A stretch of DNA of 64,000 nt from Candidatus Kaiserbacteria bacterium (lineage in GTDB: Bacteria; Patescibacteriota; Minisyncoccia; Phycocordibacterales; UBA2100), in assembly GCA_023267655.1 (NCBI GenBank), contig JAHFMV010000002.1, positions 7,228 to 71,227 of the forward strand, in the 5' to 3' direction. Shown one piece after another: positions 55,474 through 64,000 of this stretch. The notes below the pieces were generated by a model, which was not told the DNA's origin, ran no database searches, and saw only the letters and a list, made by a program, of their open reading frames with translations. Every line of letters begins with the position of its first letter. Position 1 is the stretch's first letter. The position numbers and the translations under genes are program-made.

Positions 55474-56244
55474 ATGCATATTTTTGACGCCGCACTACTT
55501 GGCATTGTTGAAGGCATCACAGAATTCCTTCCTATTTCCTCGACCGGCCACATGATCCTGGCCAGTCAGCTCCTTCACGTGACGCAAAACGAACTCTTAA
55601 AAAACTTTGAGATCATCATCCAGCTCGGCGCGATTTGCGCCGTCGTTGTTTTGTATTGGCGCTCATTTCTTAACATCGAAATCCTCAAGCGCCTCATCGT
55701 CGGCTTTATCCCAACCGGCATCATCGGCCTCGCGCTTTACAAAATCGTGAAGACCTATTTCCTCGGCAACGATTATCTTGTCCTTACGATGCTCGTCCTC
55801 GGCGGCATCGCGCTCATCGCCTTTGAATATTTCCATCGCGAACAGGACACCGCGACGCGGGAAAGCGAAAACATCACCTATCGACAAGCACTCGGCATTG
55901 GTCTCTTCCAGTCGCTCGCCGTTGTCCCCGGTATCTCACGCTCGGCAGCGACAATCATCGGCGGCATGCTCCTTGGCCTCTCGCGCCCAGCTATCGTCGA
56001 GTTCTCATTCCTGCTTGCAGTACCCACGCTTGGCGCGGCAACCGCGCTCGATCTTCTTAAAAGCTACTCGACATTTTCTGCAAACGATATCCGCGTCCTC
56101 GCCGTCGGCTTCATCGCGGCATTCCTCTCGGCGCTCTTTGTGATTCGCCTTTTGTTGCAGTATGTCCGCACACGCACCTTTATTCCCTTCGGCATCTACC
56201 GCATCGTCGCAGCCATTTTGTTCTGGCTGATCATTCTCCGCTAA
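55474..56244 (+). CDS. uppP: Undecaprenyl-diphosphatase.
   Basis: VEGITEFLPISSTGH motif and an eight-TM profile. Confidence 0.85.
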   Translation: MHIFDAALLGIVEGITEFLPISSTGHMILASQLLHVTQNELLKNFEIIIQLGAICAVVVLYWRSFLNIEILKRLIVGFIPTGIIGLALYKIVKTYFLGNDYLVLTMLVLGGIALIAFEYFHREQDTATRESENITYRQALGIGLFQSLAVVPGISRSAATIIGGMLLGLSRPAIVEFSFLLAVPTLGAATALDLLKSYSTFSANDIRVLAVGFIAAFLSALFVIRLLLQYVRTRTFIPFGIYRIVAAILFWLIILR

Positions 56245-56424
56245 GTAGCATTTCCGCTAAACACGCGCTATACTGCATCCTATGAGTATTGGACGAATCC
56301 CACCGATTTCCCCGCGCAAATCACATTCGCGCAAGACAAAAAAGCGTCTCGCCATCAAAGCCGCGATGCTTGCAAGCCGTGCAGCGAAGAGAAGCAAGAG
56401 AAGTTAAGGTCTACCCCTGAATAT

Positions 56425-56964
56425 CTAGAGTGAATACTCGGTGAATGTTCCACCCGGTCGCCCCTGTGCGTCGTAGCGACGATATCGTGCGCGGTGAGGG
56501 ACAAGTTTAATATACACATACGCCCCTTTTTCCAACTGACCGACAGGTGGTATCCGCAACCGCTCGCCGATCTTTGATGCATCCCCCACGGGACCTGATT
56601 CCACTCGATTGGCCATTTCCTTCCCTGTGATACTGCGCAGTGACGCTCTGATATCCTGTATATCTGTGGCATCTGATACGACCGAGGCCAATGCTTGCAT
56701 TTGCACCGTTTCGAGAGTCGCCTGGTTAAAAAAGGTTACTGCGACAGCCGGGTGCTCCGTGAGGTCGCGCGCCTTTTGTGTATCATCACGGGTCTCAAAA
56801 TAACACGTGAGATCAGTCCGCATACTGACGTAAATAACAGCGCCCGAGGGGACCTTGCCGGAAATAGTACTAAGAACAGCGACAGGGTTATGCACTACAA
56901 AATCGAAAATCGCGCTGCGTGCGTTTCCCTCATCCGGAGAATCCATGCGCGTAGTATATCGCAC
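56425..56964 (-). CDS. PNPOx-like FMN-binding split-barrel family protein.
   Basis: The AVLSTISGKVPSGAVIYVSMRTDLTCYFET pattern is typical of the pyridoxamine 5'-phosphate oxidase-like fold. Confidence 0.45.
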   Translation of the reverse strand: MRYTTRMDSPDEGNARSAIFDFVVHNPVAVLSTISGKVPSGAVIYVSMRTDLTCYFETRDDTQKARDLTEHPAVAVTFFNQATLETVQMQALASVVSDATDIQDIRASLRSITGKEMANRVESGPVGDASKIGERLRIPPVGQLEKGAYVYIKLVPHRARYRRYDAQGRPGGTFTEYSL

Positions 56965-57155
56965 TGCGTACCAAAGAAGAGACGGTAATCGCCTCGCCTA
57001 GGTTCGTACTCATTGCATGGTGAGCCAGAATGTGCTTATATTCAGCCATTATTTGGTTATTTGATTCGTCATGAATCCCGTTAGAAATAGCGGACTCGGT
57101 TCATATATATTCAAAATGACAAATAATGCCATTTATAAAAGTAGCAAAATAGGGT

Positions 57156-57953
57156 GTGCTGACACAGCGTCCGCGTCCTATTTCTAACGGGATGAATGCA
57201 AAAATTCTAGTTTCCGCGATCGTCGTCTTGGTGGTAGCAGTTGGCGCGTGGTTCCTTTTGAAAAATTATCAGGCACCGGTTTCTGACGCACCATCGGACG
57301 CGTCACAGGACATGGGCTCGTATGCGTACAGCTGCGACAACGGTTCAGAGTTTACGATGGCGCCGGCAAATGACGTCTCGTCGGTTACGATCTCGGCGGG
57401 CTCGCAAGGTATGTTTACCGGCACCGTGACACTGACGGGCGACAACACCGGCACACACTTTGAAGGCACACTCGGTACACAGAAAATAACGTTTGATGGC
57501 GCAGGCGAAGAAGTACGTCTCATGGTTGGTAGCAATGCAACAATCTGTTCACCGGTTGCAAATGCCGACGCAGCACCGTGGAATTGGGGCGATGCGGGCG
57601 AAGGCGCCGGTAGTGTAAAGCAAGACGCATCGCTCATCGTGAGCGAGAGCATCGTCGGCAAATGGCAGAGCGCGGATGACGCAAAATATGTCCGCGAATT
57701 CCAAACGGGCGGCAAAGTGCAAGATTGGTACGACGGCAAAGTCGTCTCGAGCGGCACGTTTACGGCATTTACGAGCGTGAACCCGATTAAGGTTTCGTTC
57801 CCACTCCAAGCGGGTACCGTCTATCTGCAGTTGAAAATGTCGGGCTCACAAGCAGACACGTTGAACTTCAAACTCAACACGCTCTCACCCGAAGCGCTCG
57901 AACTTACGTATATGGATCGCGGTGGTGTGCTGAAGTTTACGGCGGTGAAATAA
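57156..57953 (+). CDS. Membrane-anchored or secreted hypothetical protein; the likely start is MNAKILVSAIVVL at 57189.
   Basis: An N-terminal TM/signal anchor, then a Gly/Thr-rich beta-rich domain. Confidence 0.45.
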   Translation: MLTQRPRPISNGMNAKILVSAIVVLVVAVGAWFLLKNYQAPVSDAPSDASQDMGSYAYSCDNGSEFTMAPANDVSSVTISAGSQGMFTGTVTLTGDNTGTHFEGTLGTQKITFDGAGEEVRLMVGSNATICSPVANADAAPWNWGDAGEGAGSVKQDASLIVSESIVGKWQSADDAKYVREFQTGGKVQDWYDGKVVSSGTFTAFTSVNPIKVSFPLQAGTVYLQLKMSGSQADTLNFKLNTLSPEALELTYMDRGGVLKFTAVK

Positions 57954-58031
57954 TTTCACTGCACGATTGAAAACAGCCGCGGGCGCCATAGGCGCCCGCG
58001 GCTGTTTTCACGCTCGCTCCACCTCCCTTTC

Positions 58032-58817
58032 TTGTATACTAACGGGATGCGATCCGTCGTCGGGTTTGCGATTTTTTCTGCAATCCTTATTCTCGGTTTC
58101 ATTTTTATCAGGTATTCTTCATCGCAAGAAAGTCATATGTCTACCCAACAACAATCCGGAATCCACGTAACACCGATCAGCCACGCGTCCGGGATCCTCT
58201 CTTGGGGCGGGACCACTATCTATTTTGATCCGGTCGGTGACCAGTCAGTTTTTGCTGGAAAACCAACAGCCGACATCGTACTCATAACACACGAGCACGG
58301 TGACCATTTCTCAACATCAACGCTAGAAAATGTCGTCACCCCGCAAACGACACTCATCGTCACACAAACTGCACGCGACCTGCTTCCGGCCGATCTCGCC
58401 GCACGTGCAAAAATAATGGCAAACGGCGACACACTGCGGGAACGTGGTATTACAATTACCGCGATCCCGGCGTACAACCTTCCCGGCGTGAGCGAGAAAT
58501 ATCACCCGAAAGGCGTCGGGAACGGCTACGTTCTTGACAAGGATGGCACACGCGTCTACATCGCCGGTGACTCGGCGGGCACACCGGAGATGCGCGCGCT
58601 CGTCGGCATCGACATCGCCTTTGTCCCCATGAATCTTCCCTACACGATGTCGGTCGAGGAAGCAGCTGACGCGGTCCTCGCCTTCAAGCCAAAGACTATA
58701 TATCCGTACCACTATCGCGGACCTGACGGTCTCAGCGATGTCGCGAAATTCAAACAGCTCATAAACGCTGGCGACCCTTCAATTAATGTCGTCCTTCTGA
58801 ACTGGTATCCAAAATAG
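58032..58817 (+). CDS. MBL-fold metallo-hydrolase.
   Basis: LITHEHGDH (HxHxDH) motif, and an N-terminal TM/signal. Confidence 0.6.
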   Translation: MYTNGMRSVVGFAIFSAILILGFIFIRYSSSQESHMSTQQQSGIHVTPISHASGILSWGGTTIYFDPVGDQSVFAGKPTADIVLITHEHGDHFSTSTLENVVTPQTTLIVTQTARDLLPADLAARAKIMANGDTLRERGITITAIPAYNLPGVSEKYHPKGVGNGYVLDKDGTRVYIAGDSAGTPEMRALVGIDIAFVPMNLPYTMSVEEAADAVLAFKPKTIYPYHYRGPDGLSDVAKFKQLINAGDPSINVVLLNWYPK

Positions 58818-58884
58818 GATTGATGACCAAACGGCGCGGGCGCTCCCAAGGGAGCGCCCGCACGCACGAAGGCGATACTATCAA

Positions 58885-60039
58885 TTAGTCATCACGCCCG
58901 TTTCTCCCATTTTCGCCGTGGTTCCCATCTTTTCCATTCTCACCGTTTTTTCCGTTCTTGCCATTCTCGCCGTGATTTCCCATCATCAGAGGAGTTGATG
59001 TCGCGTTCGGATTAAACGGAAACGCATCTTGCGCGTCCGGCGTACCGTCGTTATCGTCGTCGTAGTCCTGCGCGTTTGGAATGCCGTCGTGGTCGTTATC
59101 TCCGTTTCCACACATCGCGGCAAAATGCGCGCGCGAACGAGGGCCGAAGAATCCCGTGCCACTCACATCGATGCCAAAGCGTCTCTGTAACATCTTAAGC
59201 GCAGCCTCGGTCTTCGGGCCAAAGAACCCCGAAATCAAACCCGGCGGGAAAAGCGTCGGATCGTTGTGCGCGAGCTCTTGCTGCAATTCCTTCACATCAT
59301 CTCCCTGGTCGCCATGCTTCAAGTCTCTCCCGAAGTTAAAGCAGCCCGGTGTCGATGTTGCTGTTCCTCCACTGCCGCCGCTACCACTGCCGACTTGTCC
59401 CGCAATCAACTGCACAATCTGCGCCTGCAGCGCTTTGATCTGTGCAAGGAGCGCCTGGATTTGTGCAGAAACGCCCGATCCGGAGCCCGTTGATGTTGCC
59501 GTCACGGTGACCATGGCATTCGCCGTTGTGATGCCGCCTGGATTCACTGCCGTGAGCGTGTACAGCGTCGTTGCCGTCGGCGAGACCGTTGCCGATGTGC
59601 CTGAAACGGTTCCGACGCCATTATTGATGCTCGTCGAGCTGGCGTTCGAGACGACCCACGAGAGGACCGCGCTCTGCCCGGTCGTGATTGACGTCGGCAG
59701 TGCCGTAAACGATGTAATTGTCGGCGCCGCTTGATTCACCGTCGCGCTACAGGTCGTCGTCGCCACCGTCGATGATGCGTCAGTCGCCTGCAGCGTCATT
59801 GCATAGGTGCCCGGCGACACAACAACTGTTTGCGACGACGTCGTCGCACCGTTGCCCCACAAGAGCAGAACCGGATCAACGCCTCCAGCTGTGGATGCCG
59901 TCCACGTAATGTTCGTGGCAGATGGCGCCCCGACACATGTCGCGGTAAGCGCCGACGCCGCGCCGGTGAACGAAAACAAAACAAAAAAGGCAGCCACAAG
60001 CGCGGCAGCCCCGAATGATAAAGACTTATTCTGAGTCAT
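58885..60039 (-). CDS. Secreted protein with a peptidoglycan-binding-like domain and a collagen-like G-x-N-G tail.
   Basis: The protein has a signal peptide and a Thr/Ser-rich region. A coiled coil IQALLAQIKALQAQIVQLIA is followed by the PG_binding_1-like segment GDDVKELQQELAH...FGPKTEAALKMLQ. It ends in GKNGKNGENGKDGNHGENG repeats. Confidence 0.5.
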   Translation of the reverse strand: MTQNKSLSFGAAALVAAFFVLFSFTGAASALTATCVGAPSATNITWTASTAGGVDPVLLLWGNGATTSSQTVVVSPGTYAMTLQATDASSTVATTTCSATVNQAAPTITSFTALPTSITTGQSAVLSWVVSNASSTSINNGVGTVSGTSATVSPTATTLYTLTAVNPGGITTANAMVTVTATSTGSGSGVSAQIQALLAQIKALQAQIVQLIAGQVGSGSGGSGGTATSTPGCFNFGRDLKHGDQGDDVKELQQELAHNDPTLFPPGLISGFFGPKTEAALKMLQRRFGIDVSGTGFFGPRSRAHFAAMCGNGDNDHDGIPNAQDYDDDNDGTPDAQDAFPFNPNATSTPLMMGNHGENGKNGKNGENGKDGNHGENGRNGRDD

Positions 60040-60210
60040 AGGTACATTTTTTAATTCCTAATAATGCGAGTGTCAGTATACCAAACCCGCAACTGCCCCC
60101 GGCAGCTCTGTATGTAGACGCCCCGCGATCCTCGACATTACCTAGACATGCAACGATGGTTGTGTCCTTTTAAAAAGTGTACCCCGCAGACCAAATCTGC
60201 GGGGTGCATC

Positions 60211-60525
60211 TCAATCGCTAACGGTAAAATACCCGATTTTTCTAACGTGGCTAAACTCGATGCGACACGGCCGCGGTCCGTAGATGGTAAATGCCGTGCC
60301 CTTCAGCGAAATCCACCCCGTGAGAGCTTCCGATACGACGGTCACATGCGCGTCGAAACCGTCGTCGAGTCGGCGGCTTTTCGGCGCATGATCGCCAGAA
60401 TAGCGTGGTACCGTGAACGATACATAATTGAGCGGTTCGCACGCTTCAGCTGCGCACCGCTGTATGGCCGCAAGATCGGGCCCATCATTGATACACAAGG
60501 TGAACCATGCCATTTCTCTCTCCAC
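60211..60525 (-). CDS. Hypothetical protein.
   Basis: 104-aa ORF; the start may be the internal MAWFTL. Confidence 0.3.
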   Translation of the reverse strand: MEREMAWFTLCINDGPDLAAIQRCAAEACEPLNYVSFTVPRYSGDHAPKSRRLDDGFDAHVTVVSEALTGWISLKGTAFTIYGPRPCRIEFSHVRKIGYFTVSD

Positions 60526-60582
60526 TCGTTGCGGATCCTGCCTGCAGGATGCAAAAAAACCTCTGCACTGTCAATGGTTATA

Positions 60583-60918
60583 TTACCCCCGATAGACTTT
60601 GTTATGTACCGTCGCAAACGCGTAACCCACTCCATACCCAATACATGACGCGACGATGATGAGCGTTATTGCGGCGGTCATATTGAACGACGCAAGGGTG
60701 ACCGGTGCGGTCTTGAGCATGTGTGCCCACGATGAAAAATTAACCAACCCCTGCGCCCAGCCTAATAACACAAACACCGACCAGAGCACGTGCACACCCC
60801 CGAGCATCGTTGCCCCCACAACCCCCGACTTATGCGTATTTATTTTCATACGATGAAAAAAGAACGAGTAAGCCGTTAGTGTACCAGCCACAGAGAAGGT
60901 AACGCGACTTATGCACAC
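60583..60918 (-). CDS. Membrane protein (hypothetical).
   Basis: 111 aa with three TM helices. Confidence 0.35.
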   Translation of the reverse strand: MCISRVTFSVAGTLTAYSFFFHRMKINTHKSGVVGATMLGGVHVLWSVFVLLGWAQGLVNFSSWAHMLKTAPVTLASFNMTAAITLIIVASCIGYGVGYAFATVHNKVYRG

Positions 60919-60957
60919 CGACTTTGAGTCGATGGTATTCGCAAGCGCGGACTTCTT

Positions 60958-61611
60958 TTACGGCGTCACGACGAGCGAGCGACGGATTTTGTCGAACGCC
61001 GCAAAGAGCGCGGTTCGGTCATATGCTGTCACCGTACCCGGCGGATAGTTTGCAATCTGCGTCGAGTGGATGAAATACCTCACCGCGGTGCACGGCGAGC
61101 TGCCATCGAGCGCGAAGACCGCTTCTTCGTACAAGTTCCCCGCTCCCGCATCGCTGGAGGTCGCGACAGAATACGTAACAGTGCCGTCGGTAATTTTCTG
61201 CGGCTTTACATTCGCGGCGAGGTAAATATCGCCAGTACATGCCTTGGCGCGTGGAAGTTGTTCCACCGAGATTCCGCTATCTTGCGAAAGATTTGTCCCC
61301 GTCGCCATCGTGAGCGGGATAGTCAATTTCACGCCAAGGATCGGCTTGTTCGGGTTGACCGACGTATTCGTATACGATGCGTTGAGCGTAAAATCCTTCG
61401 GATACGTAAGTGAGATCTTCATCGTCGAGGATGCGTACGTCAATGGCTCATCGACCGGCGGCATTTGCGTGACCGGCGGCGTCTCCGGAGTGGGGGTGCT
61501 CGTAAAATTCTTAAAGAGGTAAAAGCCGCCAACTATGATAAGGGCTACAACTATGACGCCGGCAGCGAGCGTCATGCTCGGTCGCTTACGATTCGGATTT
61601 TGTTCGGGCAT
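60958..61611 (-). CDS. Membrane-anchored extracytoplasmic protein (hypothetical).
   Basis: An N-terminal TM anchor (MTLAAGVIVVALIIVGGFYLF), followed by a Pro/Thr-rich linker. Confidence 0.45.
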   Translation of the reverse strand: MPEQNPNRKRPSMTLAAGVIVVALIIVGGFYLFKNFTSTPTPETPPVTQMPPVDEPLTYASSTMKISLTYPKDFTLNASYTNTSVNPNKPILGVKLTIPLTMATGTNLSQDSGISVEQLPRAKACTGDIYLAANVKPQKITDGTVTYSVATSSDAGAGNLYEEAVFALDGSSPCTAVRYFIHSTQIANYPPGTVTAYDRTALFAAFDKIRRSLVVTP

Positions 61612-61712
61612 ACCGAAAGTATCTCAATAATTACATATGATGCAAATGAAGACTGTGGTAGAAAAAATGCGGCGCCGGAGGACCGGCGCCGCGCATTCCA
61701 CCCTCTATGACC

Positions 61713-62333
61713 TTACGAACTCGTCTGCCTTGTCACATATACGGCGACATCGCGAACCAGATCGTCCGCCCACTGTTGGCCTTTGTACAATACGAAGATC
61801 GGATTTTTCTCAAGTTCGTCGAGCCATTTCTCGACGTCATGCCGGACGCCGTCGTCCTTGAGAGCGTACTGGATACGGAAGACATAGCAATTCATCAGCA
61901 CGCGCATCGTGCGCCCATGATCCTCGTCGCTTTGTGTTGTCGTGACGAGTTCTTTTGCCTTCACGCACAACATTTCAATCATGTGAATCCCCTCTTGCGG
62001 CCGTCCCATCGCCGGGAAAAGATGCCCTGCGATATTCATCGTGGCGAAAAGCGCACCAACAGGATCTTTTCCGCGATTCGCTTCACGTACCGATTGGTGT
62101 GCAAGTGTCAGCGACTCGCTCACATCTCCCTGCTGCCAGGCCGCCATATGGCGCTCGTACGAAACCTTGCTACGCCACCGCCACGCTTGCTCAGAGATAT
62201 CGTCGTCGAGTCTTGCCAAGAGCGAATTACACTCGCTCTCCATGTCCTTATAGAGCTTTTGCCGCCGAGCAGTTTCAATGCTGCGCAGCACGGTACGCAC
62301 GTGAGCAGGTTCCATCATTGGCCAGTCCTCCAA
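61713..62333 (-). CDS. Hypothetical protein.
   Basis: 206-aa ORF with no recognisable family. Confidence 0.4.
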   Translation of the reverse strand: MEDWPMMEPAHVRTVLRSIETARRQKLYKDMESECNSLLARLDDDISEQAWRWRSKVSYERHMAAWQQGDVSESLTLAHQSVREANRGKDPVGALFATMNIAGHLFPAMGRPQEGIHMIEMLCVKAKELVTTTQSDEDHGRTMRVLMNCYVFRIQYALKDDGVRHDVEKWLDELEKNPIFVLYKGQQWADDLVRDVAVYVTRQTSS

Positions 62334-62492
62334 AGGTTGACGTCCGCAAGCATACTGCCAGAAATGCCGCCATTTGACAAGGAAAGCAGGGCATGCTATC
62401 CTCTCGCTATCACTTCAGGGCTGATCCAGAGTCTAGGGATCGACCTTACCTCCAGCGCACTGCAGTTGATTTAACCACTTCTTCCAATTGCT

Positions 62493-62693
62493 ATGCAAAC
62501 AGGAACAATCGCCCGTCTCACTGACAAAGGTTTCGGGTTCATCAAAGTTGAAGGCCGCGAAAAAGACCTCTTTTTCCACTCCAACGAGCTCATCGGAGTT
62601 TCCTTCGATTCGCTCCGCGAAGGCGACACGTTGAGCTTTGAAATCGCCGAAAGCCCGAAAGGCCCGAACGCGATCAAGGTCTCGAAGGTCTAA
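62493..62693 (+). CDS. cspA: Cold-shock protein (CspA family).
   Basis: GTIARLTDKGFGFIKVEG...DLFFH with the RNP1/RNP2 motifs. Confidence 0.85.
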   Translation: MQTGTIARLTDKGFGFIKVEGREKDLFFHSNELIGVSFDSLREGDTLSFEIAESPKGPNAIKVSKV

Positions 62694-62752
62694 CCGACGC
62701 TTCAGCAAAAAAGCCTCCACTCTGGAGGCTTTTTTGTTGGTACGAAATGTCT

Positions 62753-63946
62753 TTAGTGAATCAGGTCAAGGAGTTTTCGGAGGCCTCCTTCGAGTGCCAC
62801 TAGGACACTGGCGAGTTGTGCGCTCTTGTCGCCGCTCGATGCACCCGAGCAACCGCCGGCTCCACAATACGATCCTTGGCTGTAATAGCTTGCCTGCGCG
62901 TAGTACGCGCCCTGTCCATAATAGGTCGCTTGCGAATAGTACGTTCCTTGGCTGTAGTAGCTGCCCTGTGCATACCCTGGAGGAAGGCCGCTGCCTCCTC
63001 CGCCATCGTATGACCCTTGGCTGTAATAAGTGCCCTGCCCGTAGTAGCTGGCCTGCGAATAGTAACTGGCTTGGGCATAATAGCTTCCCTGCGCGTATCC
63101 CGCGCCACTTGCGTTGGTGATGTAGCACGTTGCCGTCTGGTTTGCGACGACCGCCACACTCGTGCACGTATTTGAGGTCATTGTGTAGCCGGACGGCGCT
63201 GTTTCAGAAACCGAGTAATTTCCCGGCGCGAGATTAATCATTTTGTTCCCGAATCCGCCCGATGTCGTTATAGAGAATGAACCAGCAGAACCGGTAAAGT
63301 TAAATGTCGTGTCAGCTGCCCCGCTCACGATTTTCACTATTTGCAGGGTTCCGGTTACTAGCGATGGCGCACACGTTTTGTTCCAGATAATGACGGACTT
63401 GTCGTTCGCGAGAGAACCGAGAAGCGTGATGCCTGTTGCAGGTGCCTGTCCCTGCGCATCGGCGAGTGTGTTGCCGCTCGAGTACCCAAGGGCCGCGAAA
63501 GGCTTCCCTGCATTGCAATCCGCGCCGACCACCGTGTCGCCGGTGAATTCAAGCCCCGCAAAAAGGCCTCCGATCGGGATTGCTTGCGATGTGGCTTGGT
63601 ATGGCGCTGGTGAAGACGATGGACCAAGCGTAAAGACGGTTCCGGTAAGCGGTGGCGAAATACTCGACATGACCGCGATAATATTGAATGCAGAGTTATT
63701 CGCGCTCGCGGCAGTTGCGAGCACACCATCGATAAACTTGAAGAGGTGCACAAAGACATTCGTGATCGGCGGCGTCGGATCGAAGTCGAAGGTCGTTACC
63801 GTAGAAGCGGTGCCAAACACGAATTTGTCGAGATTTTCGGTGTAGCCATCAGCATACGGTTCACCCACGCGCATGCCGAGCCATGAATCAGTAACGCGGA
63901 TGCGGACGTTTGGATAATCAGCAAGGATTTGGTTCCAGGTGCGCAA
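62753..63946 (-). CDS. Secreted protein with a C-terminal Tyr-rich (Q/S-x-Y-Y) repeat region; the N-terminus may extend beyond the window.
   Basis: Repeats YAQGSYYAQASYYSQASYYGQGTYYSQGSY, with a beta-rich N-terminal region. Confidence 0.5.
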   Translation of the reverse strand: MRTWNQILADYPNVRIRVTDSWLGMRVGEPYADGYTENLDKFVFGTASTVTTFDFDPTPPITNVFVHLFKFIDGVLATAASANNSAFNIIAVMSSISPPLTGTVFTLGPSSSPAPYQATSQAIPIGGLFAGLEFTGDTVVGADCNAGKPFAALGYSSGNTLADAQGQAPATGITLLGSLANDKSVIIWNKTCAPSLVTGTLQIVKIVSGAADTTFNFTGSAGSFSITTSGGFGNKMINLAPGNYSVSETAPSGYTMTSNTCTSVAVVANQTATCYITNASGAGYAQGSYYAQASYYSQASYYGQGTYYSQGSYDGGGGSGLPPGYAQGSYYSQGTYYSQATYYGQGAYYAQASYYSQGSYCGAGGCSGASSGDKSAQLASVLVALEGGLRKLLDLIH

Positions 63947-64000
63947 GGTCGTGCCCGATACGCCGGAGAGGCCAGCATCAGGACCGGTCGAGGTAACCGG

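Overview
This window is a gene-dense bacterial chromosome segment of moderately high GC (about 55-60%). Gene content suggests a small-genome, CPR-like organism: a short ProRS with no editing domain, two MreB paralogs, and many small hypothetical membrane or secreted proteins.

Positions 1-32,300 hold mostly core genes, almost all with GC-rich rho-independent terminators: pyrD-like, greA, PBP2, mreBCD, proS, rseP, frr, holB-like, a second mreB, def-fmt, hpf, and a 1,531-aa adhesin-like surface protein. I found four tRNA genes by hand-folding: Ala(CGC), Arg(CCG), Val(CAC), and an Asn(GUU) gene interrupted by a 236-nt group I intron that carries the canonical P/Q/R/S core elements.

The Asn tRNA 3' end is overlapped by the stop region of a large serine recombinase. 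That recombinase opens an accessory island of roughly 19 kb (about 32.6-51.5 kb). The island contains:
- a Rep_trans-like replication initiator with iteron-like repeats;
- a Shedu-like DUF4263 PD-ExK nuclease, a MazG-like pyrophosphohydrolase and DUF3800;
- a second large serine recombinase whose C-terminal coding region forms one arm of a 173-bp inverted repeat, so inversion would swap the recombinase C-terminus and flip DUF3800;
- a second 250-bp inverted repeat pair with terminal palindromic hairpins bracketing a YbaK deacylase, a DUF62 SAM-hydrolase-like gene, a GNAT gene and an HTH gene;
- a MITE-like element with 24-bp TIRs, an IS30-family element, two HicB-like antitoxins, a DUF433/DUF5615 pair, and a ParB-like nuclease cluster.

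Outside the island, an IS1595-family element lies next to the PBP2 gene.

The main candidates for novelty are:
- the recombinase/DUF3800 inverted-repeat switch architecture;
- a Met-codon-rich leader peptide plus terminator/antiterminator upstream of the SAM-hydrolase-like gene;
- the intron-containing tRNA-Asn used as the island attachment site;
- a 62-bp GC-rich repeat found both in frame inside a VOC gene and in an intergenic spacer.

No CRISPR array or rRNA was found.

All protein family calls rest on motif recognition from memory, not database searches.
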